64,000 nt of DNA from Octopus vulgaris (lineage: Eukaryota), in the NCBI GenBank assembly GCA_951406725.2, contig OX597823.1:76384001-76448000 (forward strand). Direction: 5' to 3'. Shown one piece after another: positions 39,054-54,023 of this stretch. A program made the translations under genes and the position numbers. Positions within the stretch are counted from its first letter, which is position 1. Each line of letters opens with the position of its first letter. Below the pieces are notes generated by a model. That model was not told where the DNA came from. It saw only the letters and a list, made by a program, of their open reading frames with translations, and did not search any database.

Positions 39054-39055
<2 letters not shown>
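38528..39055. mobile_element. Two family D copies in inverted orientation
   Basis: 38528-38700 is the reverse complement of ~38880-39055 (ggatgcccttcctaacgccaa / ttggcgttaggaagggcatcc). Confidence 0.85.
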
Positions 39056-39084
<29 letters not shown>

Positions 39085-39089
39085 GCATT

Positions 39090-39129
<40 letters not shown>

Positions 39130-39131
<2 letters not shown>

Positions 39132-39682
39132 AATGCCCTGATGCAATACCAGGCAGTGGCTTTCATGGCTTCTGATCTTATATGACTGGAAGTGTTAACA
39201 TGTGCATGTCTTGTCTTGGTATAAAAAAATGGGCTACGCTGAATGTTCTGCTCAATACTGCAGTTATACTTGTCAGTTGCTTTGCCTTAACCAGTTGAGC
39301 ATGACCCTTACTGGGTGATGTTATGTGCATCTCTGATTAATAGCAGGAGTAGTGGGGGAGCATCATAGTCATGTGTGGAGAGGGTTTCTTTGGGGTTTGA
39401 ATAATTCAACCCTAGAAATAAGGGTATATCCTTAAACAACCTTCATTTAAAAATCTTTTGAGTGGGATGGGCCACTCAACCTGAAGAAAATATCAGCTGG
39501 GTCCCACCAGCAAGGTCATATGCTGTTTACTATGATATGAGGTCAGTGAGTCATGCAGATATGGTTGTGGCACATCTGACTGATGTACCCTTAGGAGATG
39601 GGTAGTCATGATGGGTATATTGGGCTTTGTATATTTGTACCCTAGTGTTTCTTTGATGGTGTGTGCTGCTCTCCTACTCAGT
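39130..39682 (+). mobile_element. Family E retroposon (~550 bp), older copy
   Basis: Reverse complement of 40265-40800; starts aaatgccctgatgca, ends ctctcctactcagtaataatag. Confidence 0.8.
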
Positions 39683-39723
39683 AATAATAGTAATAATATA
39701 TATATAAACCATATATATATATA

Positions 39724-39970
39724 TACAGGGGTTGGACAAAATAATGGAAACAGCTTAAAATTTCAAACAAATTTATTTTAATATGGGGTAGGACCGCCTT
39801 TGGCAGTAATTACAGCTAGAATTCTATTAGGTGTGGACTCGTACAAAGTTTGAATTTCTTCCAAAGGAAATTTTGTCCATTCTTCAGCTAAAACAGTCTC
39901 CAGTTCTTGTGATGATGGTGGAGGATATTGAATCCTGTTTTTCTAAAATGCACCATAAATATCAATAAGT
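39724..39970 (-). mobile_element. Tc1 transposon 3' end with TIR
   Basis: Minus strand ETVLAEEWTKFPLEEIQTLYESTPNRILAVITAKGGPTPY*; terminus TA-caggggttggacaaaataatggaaac. Confidence 0.85.
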
Positions 39971-40264
39971 TGAGCATTGGAGCCAATGTAATTGGCTTAA
40001 CCCTCCAAACTTGCAAGCCTTGTGCCAAAATTTGAAACCATTATTATTATTTGCAAGATGATGAGCTCTCAGAATTGATAGCATGTGTGGCAAAATGCTT
40101 AGCAGTATTTCATCTCTCTTTATGTTCTGAGGTCAACTTTGTCTTTCATCTTTCCAGGGTTGATAGATTAAGTACCAGTTGAACACTGTGATCAATAATT
40201 GGTTTAACATCTCCCCAGAAAATTGATGATCTTATACCAAAATTATTATTATTATTATTATTAT

Positions 40265-40794
40265 TGAGTGAGAGAACAGTGCATGCCATCAAAGTTACAC
40301 TGGGGTAAAATATATGAAGCCCAATATACCCATCATGACTACCCGTCTGATAAGGGTACACCAGGCACATGCATCACAACCATATGTGCGTGACATGGTG
40401 ATCTCATATCAAGATAAACAGCACATGACCTTGCAGGTGGGGCCCAGTTAGAATTTTCTTCTGGTCGAGTAGCCCATCCTGCTCAAAACGTCCCTGAATA
40501 AGGATTGCTTAAGGATGTTGAACGAACCACCCATGTTTCCAAAGGTGAATTATCCAAACCTCTAAAAATTACTTTCAACACACTGCTTGTGATCAGAGAT
40601 GCACATATCATCAGCCACTAAGGGACATGCTCAACTGGTTAAGGTCAAACAAGTGACAAGCAAATCTGTGGTATTTAGCAGAATATTTGCTGTAGCCCAT
40701 CTTTTATACTAAGACAAAATAATGTACATGATAACACTTCCAATCAGTTAAGATCAGCAGACATGAGAGCTACTGCCTGGTACTGCATCAGGGC

Positions 40795-40800
<6 letters not shown>
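40265..40800 (-). mobile_element. Family E retroposon (~535 bp)
   Basis: Four copies in the window; flanked by (ATT)n on both sides. Confidence 0.85.
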
Positions 40801-40836
<36 letters not shown>

Positions 40837-42005
40837 CATTATTATTATTATTATTACTATTATTGTCATCCATCTTTTCAACACTTTCATGGCCTTCTAC
40901 TGTACCATTTGATGAAATTTCTCTGCTTTTGGGATGTATGCAGTGTTGCTTTTATTTTTTTTTATCATTTTTTGGGGGGTAGGAAAAGTGTAAAAATGAA
41001 TTTATGATCTACACATATTTTCTTTTGCTGTGACTCATTTTTTCTCATTTTTGCTGTTGATTTATTAATGTTTCATCTGTTTGTTTTGCAGATCATATTT
41101 AACAAATAGACTGTTATTATGTTGAGCAGTTATTGAATAGAACACTAGTTCTCAATATTATATGTCTCAGTGAACTCTTTCATCAAAGGGCATTTTTCAA
41201 ATGCCCCCTCACCATGTATTTTGTCTCTCTCAAAAGGCAAAACATTGGTGCAATGGTTTATTATTCAAACATTTGTATATGCCTCTTTCTTTTTATTTTT
41301 TTTTCTTGTATGGTATAGTGAATTTTATGCGTGGTAAGAGGTTTGCTTCCCAACCACATGGTTCTGAGTTCAATCCCACTACATAGCATCTTAGGCAAGA
41401 ATCTTCCCCTATAGTCTCAGGTCAATTAATGTCTAGTGAGTAGATTTGGAAACTGAAAGACACCCACCATATATGTGTATGCATGCGTGTGTGTGTGCAT
41501 GCATGTGTATGTGTATGCATGTGTGTGTGTGTCTTTGTGTCTGTGTTTTTACCCCACGCCTGCACTGTTTGGCAACCACTATTGGTGTGTTTACATCCCA
41601 ATAACTTAGCAGCTCATCAAAAGAGATGAACAGAATAAGTACTGGAATCGATTCCTTTAACTAAAAATTCTTCAAGGTGGTGTCCCAGCATGGTCACAGT
41701 CTAATGACTGAAACAAATAAAAGATTAAAGATAAAATACAAAACAGATTACAAAAGGAAGGCAATGACTTAACCCTTTAAAGTTCAAGTTGCTCTGTAAA
41801 ATGTCCTGCTTTTGCTCTCCCTGCTAGTGATGCATTGTATTTAAAAGGGTGCAGAGCATTGCACCAAAAACCAGCTGGTGGAGAATCTGCCTGGGGTTAA
41901 ACTAGTAGTAACATTCAACTGCCACTTTGATGTGATGACTGGCCTTACTGTTTAGCAAATGTTACTATGCTAAACCTTTTATTATTATTATTATTATTAT
42001 TATTA

Positions 42006-42443
42006 CTGAGAGAGCAGTGCATGCCATCAAAGTGACACTGGGGTAAAATATACGAAGCACAGTATACCCATCATGACTACCCGTCTAATAAGGGTACACC
42101 AGGCACATGCATCACAACCATGTGTGCACGACATGGAGATCTCATATCAAGATAAACAGCACATGAACTTGCAGGTGGGGCCCAGTTAGAATTTTCTTCT
42201 GGTCGAGTAGCCCATCCTGCTCAAAACGTCCCTGAATAAGGGTTGTTTAAGGATGTTGAACAAAACACCCATATTGACAACCAATGCTGGTGTGTTTACG
42301 TCCCCGTAACTTAGCTATTCGCCAAAAGAGACCGATAGAATAAGTACTACGTTTACAAAGAATGAGTCCTGGGGTTGATTTGCTCGACTAAAGGTGGTGC
42401 TCCAGCATGGCTGCAGTCAAATGACTGAAACAAGTAAAAGAGT
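42006..42443. mobile_element. Family E end (minus) fused to SINE A 3' half (plus)
   Basis: 42006-42272 matches the start of 40265-40800; 42275-42443 matches the SINE A tail. Confidence 0.75.
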
Positions 42444-43604
42444 ATATATAGGTTGCTGGAGGATTAGCAGAATCATTCAAGCATTGTTTAGTTACTGCTA
42501 TTTAAATTCTGAGTTCAAATCCTACCAATGACAATTTTGCTTTTTTACCCTATCAGGGTCAATAAAAACAAATCAATTAGAGCAGAAGTCAATGGTATGG
42601 AGTAACCCCTACTAAAAACAATTTTTATTATCATTATTATTAATGTCATCATCAACATTATTTATTATCATTATTATTTCTTTTATTTGGGACATTGATG
42701 AGAGAGGTATGCTTGATCACAACCCTGTATAATTTCCAAATTTTTCAGCTTTCATCTGAATTGTAATCTGTTCTTGTTAATAATTTTGTCATCAGAGAAT
42801 GAAGCTACTTCCTTTTACTAAGTATTTTGTTTTTGTTTAGCTCAGTTCCACCAGTTAAGGGAATTGTCTATTTTTAAATTTTGCATTTGCAAATTTCTCA
42901 ATTTCCTTGGAAATAGAAAAAAAAAAACCTGGATCCCTGTGAAAAAAGAAAAAAGTAATATTCAGTGGAGAGGAAAATAACACAGATGAAGTGAAAGAGA
43001 TTATAATTGGAAAAAAGTGAAGAAGAGAGAGAGGAAAAGAAGGAAGGAGGGAGAGAGAGAGGGGGAGAGAAAGTGTGGCAGAACAAGAGAGAGAGAGAGA
43101 ATGAGAAAGTGGCAGAGAAATGATTGCATGAAGCATCTGTTTTACTACCAACAGCGCTGTTATACAAATGACAGATAACGTCAGAGAAAAAATTGGTGTA
43201 GTCTGCTTCAAATCAACTCGCTGAAACTGAAGAAGAAAAAAAGTTGATAATAACGATATCAAGAACACTAAAAGAGGAATAACAACAACTAAAAGAGGTA
43301 TAATAACAACGACAACAACAACAAAAGTAGCTGCCACAACATCAGCAATTACAATAGCAGTAAAAAGAACAATAATAATAAAGGTGACCAATGAGATATT
43401 TATTCCCAAGTTTTAACACAACCTAATTTGTTTTATTATCAGCAGCCCACCCAAGAAGCTGTAAAGGTGCACTGGGGACATGGATGGGCTGTTGCACCAA
43501 AGCCACAACTGCTCCTTCTCGTCTTTACATTAACAATGGGTAGCACATCATCAACTTTGACTACAACACTACAGCAACAATAGAACAATTACTAAATATT
43601 GTAG

Positions 43605-44010
43605 AGTCGCTGTGTGGTAAGTAGCTTGCTTACAAACCACATAGTTCCGGGTTCAGTCCCACTGCATGACACCTTGAGCAAGTGTCTTCTACTATAGCCT
43701 TGGGCCATCCAAAGCCTTGTAAGTGGATTTGGTAGACGGAACTGAAAAGAAGCCCGTTGTATATACGTCTATATGTATGTGTGTGTTTGTATATGTTTGT
43801 GTGTCAGTGTTTGTCCCCCCAACCCCAACATTGTCTGACAACCGATGCTGGTGTGTTTACGTCCCTGTAACCTAGCGGTCCGGCAAAAGAGACCGATAGA
43901 ATAAGTTCTAGGCTAACAAAGAATAAGTCCTGGGGTCGATTTGCACAACTAAAGGTGGTGCTCCAGCATGACCACAGTGAAATGACTGAAACAAATAAAA
44001 GAGTAAAGAG
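43605..44010 (+). mobile_element. SINE family A, full length
   Basis: Complete head to (gagtaaa)n tail. Confidence 0.9.
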
Positions 44011-44730
44011 TAATAAACAATCCAGCCATACCAGTCACTAGGAAATCATTTAGAAGAGGCAAGAAAATTGCAGATGAGACAGTTGGTGTGCATTTTTGTT
44101 AGGATGAGCAGATGTACTAAATAATGTTAACACACTGTAAGATGCAAAGGTGTCGATGTTAAAACTGATCATATTTTAAACTTAACTCAAGAACAAGCTG
44201 GAAAATGGAAACACAGAATCTTTGCTTCTCATGTCAAGCATTTTGGAATAGTAAATATGAGGTTTGTCTTTAGAAAAATGGTATGAACTCATTCAATTGC
44301 CTTTTTAAAGGATGAAAAATTTCTGTTGATTCCTTGCTGTGTGTGAAATGAAGGTGAAAATTTTCTGCCAGAAATAGACTAATTTGATAGCAGATTTAAC
44401 AAGTGACAGTTAGGATGAGAGGAGCAACCTTCACATAGGAATGCTCATAGGTAAAAGAATGTGTTATTGGCTACAAGGATGAAGATGAACAAACAAGCAG
44501 AACCAAAATATGTTAAAAATTTACCTGACCTTTTCACTCTCCCAAATGGAATGTAGACGTCAGTAATTGGGGACAGTAGAAAGCTCAGATGGATGCCTTC
44601 TATCCAGGTCAAATCTCCATTTGAAGACTTTTCACCTACAGGAAAACTCATGTAAAACATCAACAACTAATCTAACAACTGCAAAAAACAACCACAAATG
44701 CAACAGTAGAAGCAGAATCTAAATAACAGG

Positions 44731-45019
44731 AAGGTGGCAAACTGGCAGAAACGTTAGTATGCCGGGCAAAATGCGTAGCCATATTTCGTCTGCCATTACG
44801 TTCTGAGTTCAAATTCCACCAAGGTCGACTTTGCCTTTCATCCTTTCGAGGTTGATTAAATAAGTACCAGTTATGCACTGGGGTCAATGTAATCGACTTA
44901 ATCCGTTTGCCTGTCCTTGTTTGTCCTCTCTGTGTTTAGCCCCTTGTGTGTAGTAAATAAATAGGTATCTTGCTAGTCTTTACGTTTTATTTAGCCCCTT
45001 GTGGACAGTAAAAGAAATA
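44731..45019 (+). mobile_element. SINE family B with duplicated tail and target-site duplication
   Basis: Flanked by agaatctaaataacagg (44714) and agaatctaaacaacaag (~45020). Confidence 0.8.
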
Positions 45020-45132
45020 AGAATCTAAACAACAAGATCCAAAAATAAATAGACAATTAAAGAAGCAACAGTGGTATCCACTGCAACAACAAGAACTAAA
45101 AGAGCAACAGATGCAATAACAGCCGTTGCAGT

Positions 45133-45668
45133 AGGCTATAGTAGAAGACTCTTGCCCAAGGTACCACGCATTGGGACTGAACCTGGAACCATGTGGTTGG
45201 TAAGCAAGTTACTTTATTTCATTAATATTTGCCATAAAGGCATTACAAAGAGTAGCTTGCGGGCTAGACATATACATTGATGAGGTGAATGATGAAACAA
45301 GGATGATATTGATGAGAGAAAGCAGAAAACGCCTGCTGAATTTCTGCTTCTCTAAAACATTGTTCTTTTTTTTTCCAACAGAAACAACAGTTTTTACAAT
45401 TATTGGCCTTAATAGTCCATTACAGATACATACAATAAATTATTCAATATACACACAATCTATAAGATCAATCTTCCTCATCAGAGCCCCCAAGCAAATG
45501 ACTCACCACCTGCAGGAAAGCTTGCATCTGCAGGTTGGGGCCTGGAAAGAGGAAAGCAAAATCTTCCTTATTACAGGTCACCATGACCTCAAAGAGCTCC
45601 TTCTGACTCACGACCTCCACAGCCACCTGTGGTATGCAAGCTACTTACCACACAGCCACTCCTATGCC
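45133..45668 (-). mobile_element. SINE A fragment interrupted by a ~415-bp insertion with 17-bp TSD
   Basis: tggtaagcaagttactt (45198-45214) and tggtatgcaagctactt (45630-45646) flank the insert. Confidence 0.65.
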
Positions 45669-46699
45669 TATATTGTTTAAATAACCACCAAATATAACAG
45701 TAGGAGACATCTGGATATACCAATTCCTGACAACTAGCATGTGTATATCAATTAATTGATTAATTAATTACTATCAATGAGTATGCTAAGCCAACTGCTT
45801 ATTAAATATACTCGTTTCAGAGTCAAGGACTAAATAAAGAATTCCTAAATAAATTCACGCTCCATGACACTATTGAAGGTGGATATTTTCCTGCAACTTG
45901 ACCTCTTCTTACCTTTGAGAATCAGTTGCAGATCTACAAAAGGTTTCACTAATAACATGTCAATGCATAAAATGCCTGGAAAAAAAGAACCTTTTACAAG
46001 CAGCTTTCATAATCATGGATATCAACGCTATTGTGTGGATGCCTGGATGGTGGCAGTTGGATAACTGTAGAGGATTTCATGGTTGCTAGTGATCAATAAT
46101 AGAAAAACAAAAGTGAGAGAGAGAGAGAAAAGAGGAGTGAAAGAAAGAGAGAGAAAACTGCAAGTATGCAAAACCTTTGTTATTAGAAATATTTTCATAG
46201 CTATGTATATATTTTATGCACTGACACGTATAAACATATGTAAACTTATGTGCAAACCAAAGAAAACGCACCCCAAAACACATAAATATATGACGAAAAC
46301 AATGCTTACAAATACTGGAAAACAAACATTCAAACATTTATGATTTACAGATACATAAACATTTATGATATGTATATACAAAAATTCATCAATAAATATT
46401 CCCTTTAGGTACAAACAAATATTAAGCATCCGCCCATTACTTCCATCACTTGAAACAGCCTTATTCTCAACTTGATGTGGGAAGATGGATGCCTCTGATT
46501 CAAGGATGCTACGGATTAATATTGGTATGACAATAAATGTGTCTCAAGAAATTGCTGTGATGCTGACTTGGAGGAAATAAATGTGTGTTGTGTACAAGAG
46601 TTAAGTTGCAGAGGAGCCTCAGACTCTCATCTAACTTACAATGGTGAGAAGTCTTCTTCATGGATGACTATGTCGACTGAGTGTAGTAGGCATATCATT

Positions 46700-46992
46700 T
46701 ATTTATGTACCCTTTTCATGCCTAGCCAGGCTCATGGGCCCGATTCCCTGGTTTCTCTGGCGTATTTGTCCCCCACTCCCAGCTGGACTGGACACCAGTC
46801 CATCGGTGTGTTATTCAAGAAACAGGAAGAAAGAATGAGAGAAAGTTGGGGTAAAATAGTACAACAGGGGTCGCCATCACCCCCTGCTGGAGCCTCGTGG
46901 AAGAACACACACAACGTCTGGTCTGGGAATCGAAATCGCGATCTTCCGACCACGTGTTCGCTGCCCTAATCACTGGGCCATTGCGCCTCCAG
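46700..46992 (-). mobile_element. tRNA-derived SINE family C-type
   Basis: Minus-strand head ggaggcgcaatggcccagtgattagggcagcgaac...tttcgattcccagacc; tail shared with 37348-37608. Confidence 0.8.
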
Positions 46993-48056
46993 TAGGCATA
47001 TTGCTGGCAGGGAAATGGATAGATTAACTGACATAGCCAGACTATGTGACAGATTAATTAGGATTAGACTAAGCACAGACTAAGCACATCAATAACAATG
47101 AACACTGCAAAAGCATCATAATTAGAGCCGAGATGAGTAAAAGAAGACAATTTCAATAACGAATGGCAGCGAGATTGCTATCACAGACAATGAACACAAC
47201 GATGTCTTCTCCAAAGAAGAGGGATTCTATGTATCTGATATAAAGAATGAAACCATCTATTTCAGAGTTCTGTGACACAACTCCTCCTCCTCCTCATCAT
47301 CATCATCATCATCCAAAATCTGTTTTCCATGCTGGCATGGGTTGGACATTTGCAGCAGTAATTTCGGTCAACCAGCCACTTGATCCCAGGTGACACACAA
47401 ACCACATAGACTTGATGCTCACATGGAAAAAGAGACAGATAACATGCTGTGAGCATTAAGTCATACACCAGTACATAATTTATTACTAAATATTGACTCA
47501 ACATTAGTGGCATCAGAATAACAGCTAGATAGACTCAGAGATGCGATACAATCCGGAGGGGGGAAAATATAGTCAAACATTATTTAAAGAAATGCTAAAT
47601 GAAACTTATACGATTAAAGGGAAGGATAAAAAAAATACATGGCATAGAAAACCTCTGCGGGCTTCGACAGAAGAACCTGCTACAAAACACAAATCAGATT
47701 TGTGGCTGGAGCAAATTTCTTGCAAGAGACATGATATACTGGTGCAATGGTACAGTAGGAGCAGCAATATAAAAGCAAGGAGACTAGTCTGGAAAGAAAT
47801 GAAGAAAGTTGCAGTAAGAAGAAGCATTATCATGTTGGTGGAAGAGATGCTAAAGATTAGATAAGCATAGCAAAAAGCGATACCAGAAGGAAGAGCATTA
47901 TTTTCTAAAGTGCTGTTCTAGAACTATCCGGGGAAATACTATTATCGCTGGTTAAATAAACATAGAACTCTTCGAACTGAAACTAGTTTGATAAGTGCCA
48001 ATGCACAAAACCCTCAGCCCATGAGTCACTCTGTTGCTTCTGCTACATGCTAATAA

Positions 48057-48087
<31 letters not shown>

Positions 48088-48159
48088 TACTTGTGTTTTG
48101 AATTTTATTTTTTTTCTGTTTGTATCACCAAACCTGTATATATCATCATCATCATCATC

Positions 48160-48535
48160 ATCATCGTTTAACGTCTGCTCTCCATGCTAGCATGGGTTGG
48201 ACCATTTGACTGAGGGCTGGCAAACCAGATGGCTGCACCAGGCTCCAATCTTGAGCTGGCAGACTTTCTACAGCTGGATGCCCTTCCTAATGCCAACCAC
48301 TCCGAGAGTGTAGTGGGTGCTTTTACGTGTCACCGGCACGGGAGCCAGTCTCAGGTGGTATTGGCAACAACTTCACATCTTTTTACACATACCACCAGCA
48401 CAGGTGCCAGTAAGGTGATGCTGGTAACAATCACACTCAAATGGTGCATTTTATGTACCACCAGCACTGAAGCCAGTTAGCCGCTCTGGCAATGATCACA
48501 CTCGGATGGTGCTCTTAGCACCCTGCTAGCACAGG
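48160..48535 (-). mobile_element. Short repeat family D
   Basis: Same motifs as 38528-38700, with internal short tandem units. Confidence 0.75.
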
Positions 48536-48567
48536 GCACAATATATATATATGTGTGTGTGGTGGGG

Positions 48568-48618
<51 letters not shown>

Positions 48619-49987
48619 AAATTAAGAGGAATGACCACTAAAGTGGACATCTAATATGCAAAACACAGACATCAAATTACCATTACCACGAAGAATGTGT
48701 TCTCAAGAAAAATCTCAGCAAAACGCCAAAATGTAAAATTGTGCAAGACAAATGATAATATATGAAATTAAAAACGATTACCTACTTACCAATGGTTTCA
48801 CTTGTTAATATCTACATATCCAAACATGCAGATATCTGCAAAATCATCATCATAGTCTGTCGCTTACAAAACACAATTTCCAGAAACTAGATACAGGATG
48901 CTCAACCAAAATCAAGCACATATAAAGTTGTACAAATTATATTTGGGTGTATTTTTCAAATGTCTTCACTTTGGCATGCTGAAGTCTCATGACTGGCACA
49001 AAACTATTAGATTTTGGATTTGATCCGGTACCAGACAAGGACTCTGGATTATTTTTCCGCTTTTTTTTTATTAATTTATGGGAGCAGTCAGGTTCATTTT
49101 TAGTATTCTCATTTGGGAGAGCAGTCGAGTTTATTTCAGATATTCTCATTTTAAAAATCATCTCAGGCTAATCATTGAGGGGGCGTTGGTGAAGGTTTGC
49201 AGTCTCTGTATGCTCTTATTTTGAACTGATTTCAAGCATAGTTTGTTAGAAACATTGAATTTTGGTTTCCTCTTGCTGTACAGGATATATTAATCAACTC
49301 TATATTCATTATATTGATTACTATTCAATTTGACATTTCAAATTTTCTTGGCCACTACACATACATATATATATATGCATGTATAAGTATGTGTATGTAT
49401 GTAAATTTATACATATTTAAATATATATTTATAAAGTTATATTTATATAAAGATATACATATAGCATTATAAATATTTATATATATAAAGATATACATAT
49501 AACGTTATAAATATTTATATGAATGTTAAGTAATCTTATTAATTTCAAGCTAGTTTAAGAATAACAACAAAATATTTACAAGTGGAAGAACTCAATACTA
49601 AAAGGAGAGTCAAACTTTTTGTAAAAAGCATGTTAAACAAGAGATAGCCAAATTAGTTGTATTAGTCAAGATAGAAACACTTAACTAAACATAAGCACAG
49701 TTGCTTCTTTGTGGGCGACTGATGCATACTCACTTGTGTGTTATGTCTTGATGATACCATTCATAGCCAAGTGATTTATTTTCACATGCACACAGTCTAT
49801 AAAGAGAGGCTTCTTCTTGAGACAGTTTCTGCAGTGATGATCATTCCAGGTCCAAATGCACATGAATATGTTAAACATAACTGTATACAGAAACATTTCA
49901 ATCAATAATGTTTTGTTTATCTCTAGTTAATTAATTTCGACTAGACTAAGCTTTGTGCACATCATCAAAGGTTCTATTTTCTTTTGG

Positions 49988-50305
49988 CACAGTGGTTAGA
50001 GCACCGGGCTCATAATCATTAGGTAGTGAGATCAATTCCCAGACCAGGCTGTGTGTTATGTTCTTCAGCAAGATACTTTATTTCATGTTGCTCCAGTTCA
50101 CTCAGCTGTAGAAATAGACTGTGATGTCACTGGTGCCAAGCTGTATCAGCCTTTGCCTTTCTCTTGAATAATATTAGTGGCATGGGGAGGCTGGTATGCA
50201 TGGGTGGTTGCTGGTTTTCCATAAACAACCTTGCCTGGACTTGTGCCTTGGAGAGGAACTTTCTTAGTTCAATCCCATGATCATTCATAACCATTGGAGG
50301 TCTTT
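49988..50305 (+). mobile_element. tRNA-derived SINE (family C head, different tail)
   Basis: agtggttagagcaccgggctc...tgttcttcagcaagatacttt; tail shared with 62010-62180. Confidence 0.75.
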
Positions 50306-50321
50306 AATCATGTTTATTATT

Positions 50322-51721
<1,400 letters not shown>

Positions 51722-51754
51722 AGTGTGTGTGTGTGTGTAGAGAGAGAGATGTGA

Positions 51755-51796
<42 letters not shown>

Positions 51797-51913
51797 CATA
51801 CACACAAACACACACACATATATATAGAGAGAGAGACATATGTATATATATGTATATAAATACATACACAAACACACATATTTATACTTGCATACTTACA
51901 TATGTATATACAT

Positions 51914-51950
<37 letters not shown>

Positions 51951-53588
51951 ATATGAATATATTAAAAATAAAACTAGTGCTAAATGAATAAAGGTCAGCA
52001 ATTGATCATGTGTAAAAATGGACTTGTAGGGTATTAAAACTATCAAATTATCTATGTTAAATTGAAAGCGAAGAAGAATATAAAATTCATACATTTAAAA
52101 GGAATTGTTTCCTAAATTTAGAACATATGTACTTTTCTAAACAGACACCCCCACACACGCACGCACACACATATATATTTATTTGTATATTTCTTAGTGA
52201 GAGCAAGAGTGTAACTTTCTGGTTCAGCGGTTTTATAAACTATTTTTAAAGAATTAGACTTCAAACGCACTATTGAATACTGTCAAACGATAAAGTTTCC
52301 CAAACAACACATTAGTCACAGGCCAGGCTGTGTTAAAGAAAGCTTGCATCCTTTTACATTGTTTTGGGTTCAGTCCCACTGTGTGGCATCTTGCTACAGG
52401 CTGGCCAAAGCTTTGTGAGTAGATTTGGTTGATGGAAACTGAAAGAAGCCCATTGTATATTTATATACATAAATATATGTGTGTGTGAATGTGTGTGTTT
52501 GTCTCCCCATCACCCCTTGACAACCAGGGTTGGTGTGTTTGCATCCCATAACCTTCTGGTTCAGCAAACAAGATCGATAGAATAAGTACCAGGGTCAATT
52601 TATTCAACTAAAAATTCAAAGCAGTGCCCCAGCATGGTTACAGTCTGATGACTGAAACAAGTAGAGGATAAAAGAAGTTAAAATGTGAACCTAGAGAATT
52701 CATCACACTACCCATAATGAAAGCCAATGGGAAAATGTTGTTAATAATAGCTCTAACAACCCAAAGAGAATTATAAATAACCTCATCTACAACATATTAT
52801 TGCGGATCTCTCAGGCAATTTCCTATGAAATTATCTTCAAGAAATCTGCATGTCATTATAGTGAATTGAAAGAAGCATAAGGTTAAAAGAAGCAATTTAC
52901 AGAATAAATCAGATACAAGGATTCAGTAAAAACCCCCAAAATTTAACATAAATACAGGTGAAGTACAGAATAAATCAGGTACAACAAGAATGCAAACAAA
53001 CCCAAATTTAACACAGATATAGGACAAGTAACACAATTTGGTAAAATCTAATATGTAGCCTAAAAGTAAAAATATGTATAGTTGAAACATTCTTTCAAAT
53101 TTTTCAAAAGTATTTTCAACATAATCTCCAATACAACAAAGTGTTAAATAAAACCAACATAAGAATCTTTAAAATTGCTTTCTCTACAACCTATAATTTT
53201 TGTCATAAATAACAGTCAATACTGACCAAATATACCTAAACACCAAACCAGAAAGCTATGATACAATTGACCATGATTCTAAAATATAATCATGCATTCC
53301 ATTCCATCTACAAGAAAAATATCTTACTGAGACAGTTGTTTATTACACTAAAAATCATACTAGCTTAGCATTTCTGACCAAACAGTTATCTGTCACTCCC
53401 CCCATCTTACCATCATCATCTTATTCTAAGATTATCATATTATTGGATTAACTGCAAGTTCATTTAAAAGTAGATTTAACTTATACACATTCTCTTGGTA
53501 TCCCAAATAAGAAAATCAATATTTTCTTATCTGCCATATATTTGTCTGTATATATACATATCCATATATATGTGTGTGTGTATGTGTG

Positions 53589-53649
<61 letters not shown>

Positions 53650-53707
53650 ATAGATAGATAGATCTAAATATATTTTGATATATCTATATATATACATATA
53701 TGTATGT

Positions 53708-53749
<42 letters not shown>

Positions 53750-54023
53750 ATACACGCACTCACAACACACACACATGCACACACATACACAAGTTAACAC
53801 ATAAATGATGCAAAACAAAGTGGGAAAAATAGTTCTCGGCTAATGAAGGTAGAGTGAAATACTCTATTTAAAACTGCAAAATCTTCATGAACTCTCACTC
53901 ACAGTTTCATGTTCCTGTTCCTCAGGCAGTTGCAATCGTACTCTGATCCCAACAGTCTGACAAATGGGAATGTGAAACCTTGCGTGGAAGTTTGTGAAGA
54001 TGTTGCAGCTTTGATAAAAGCAT

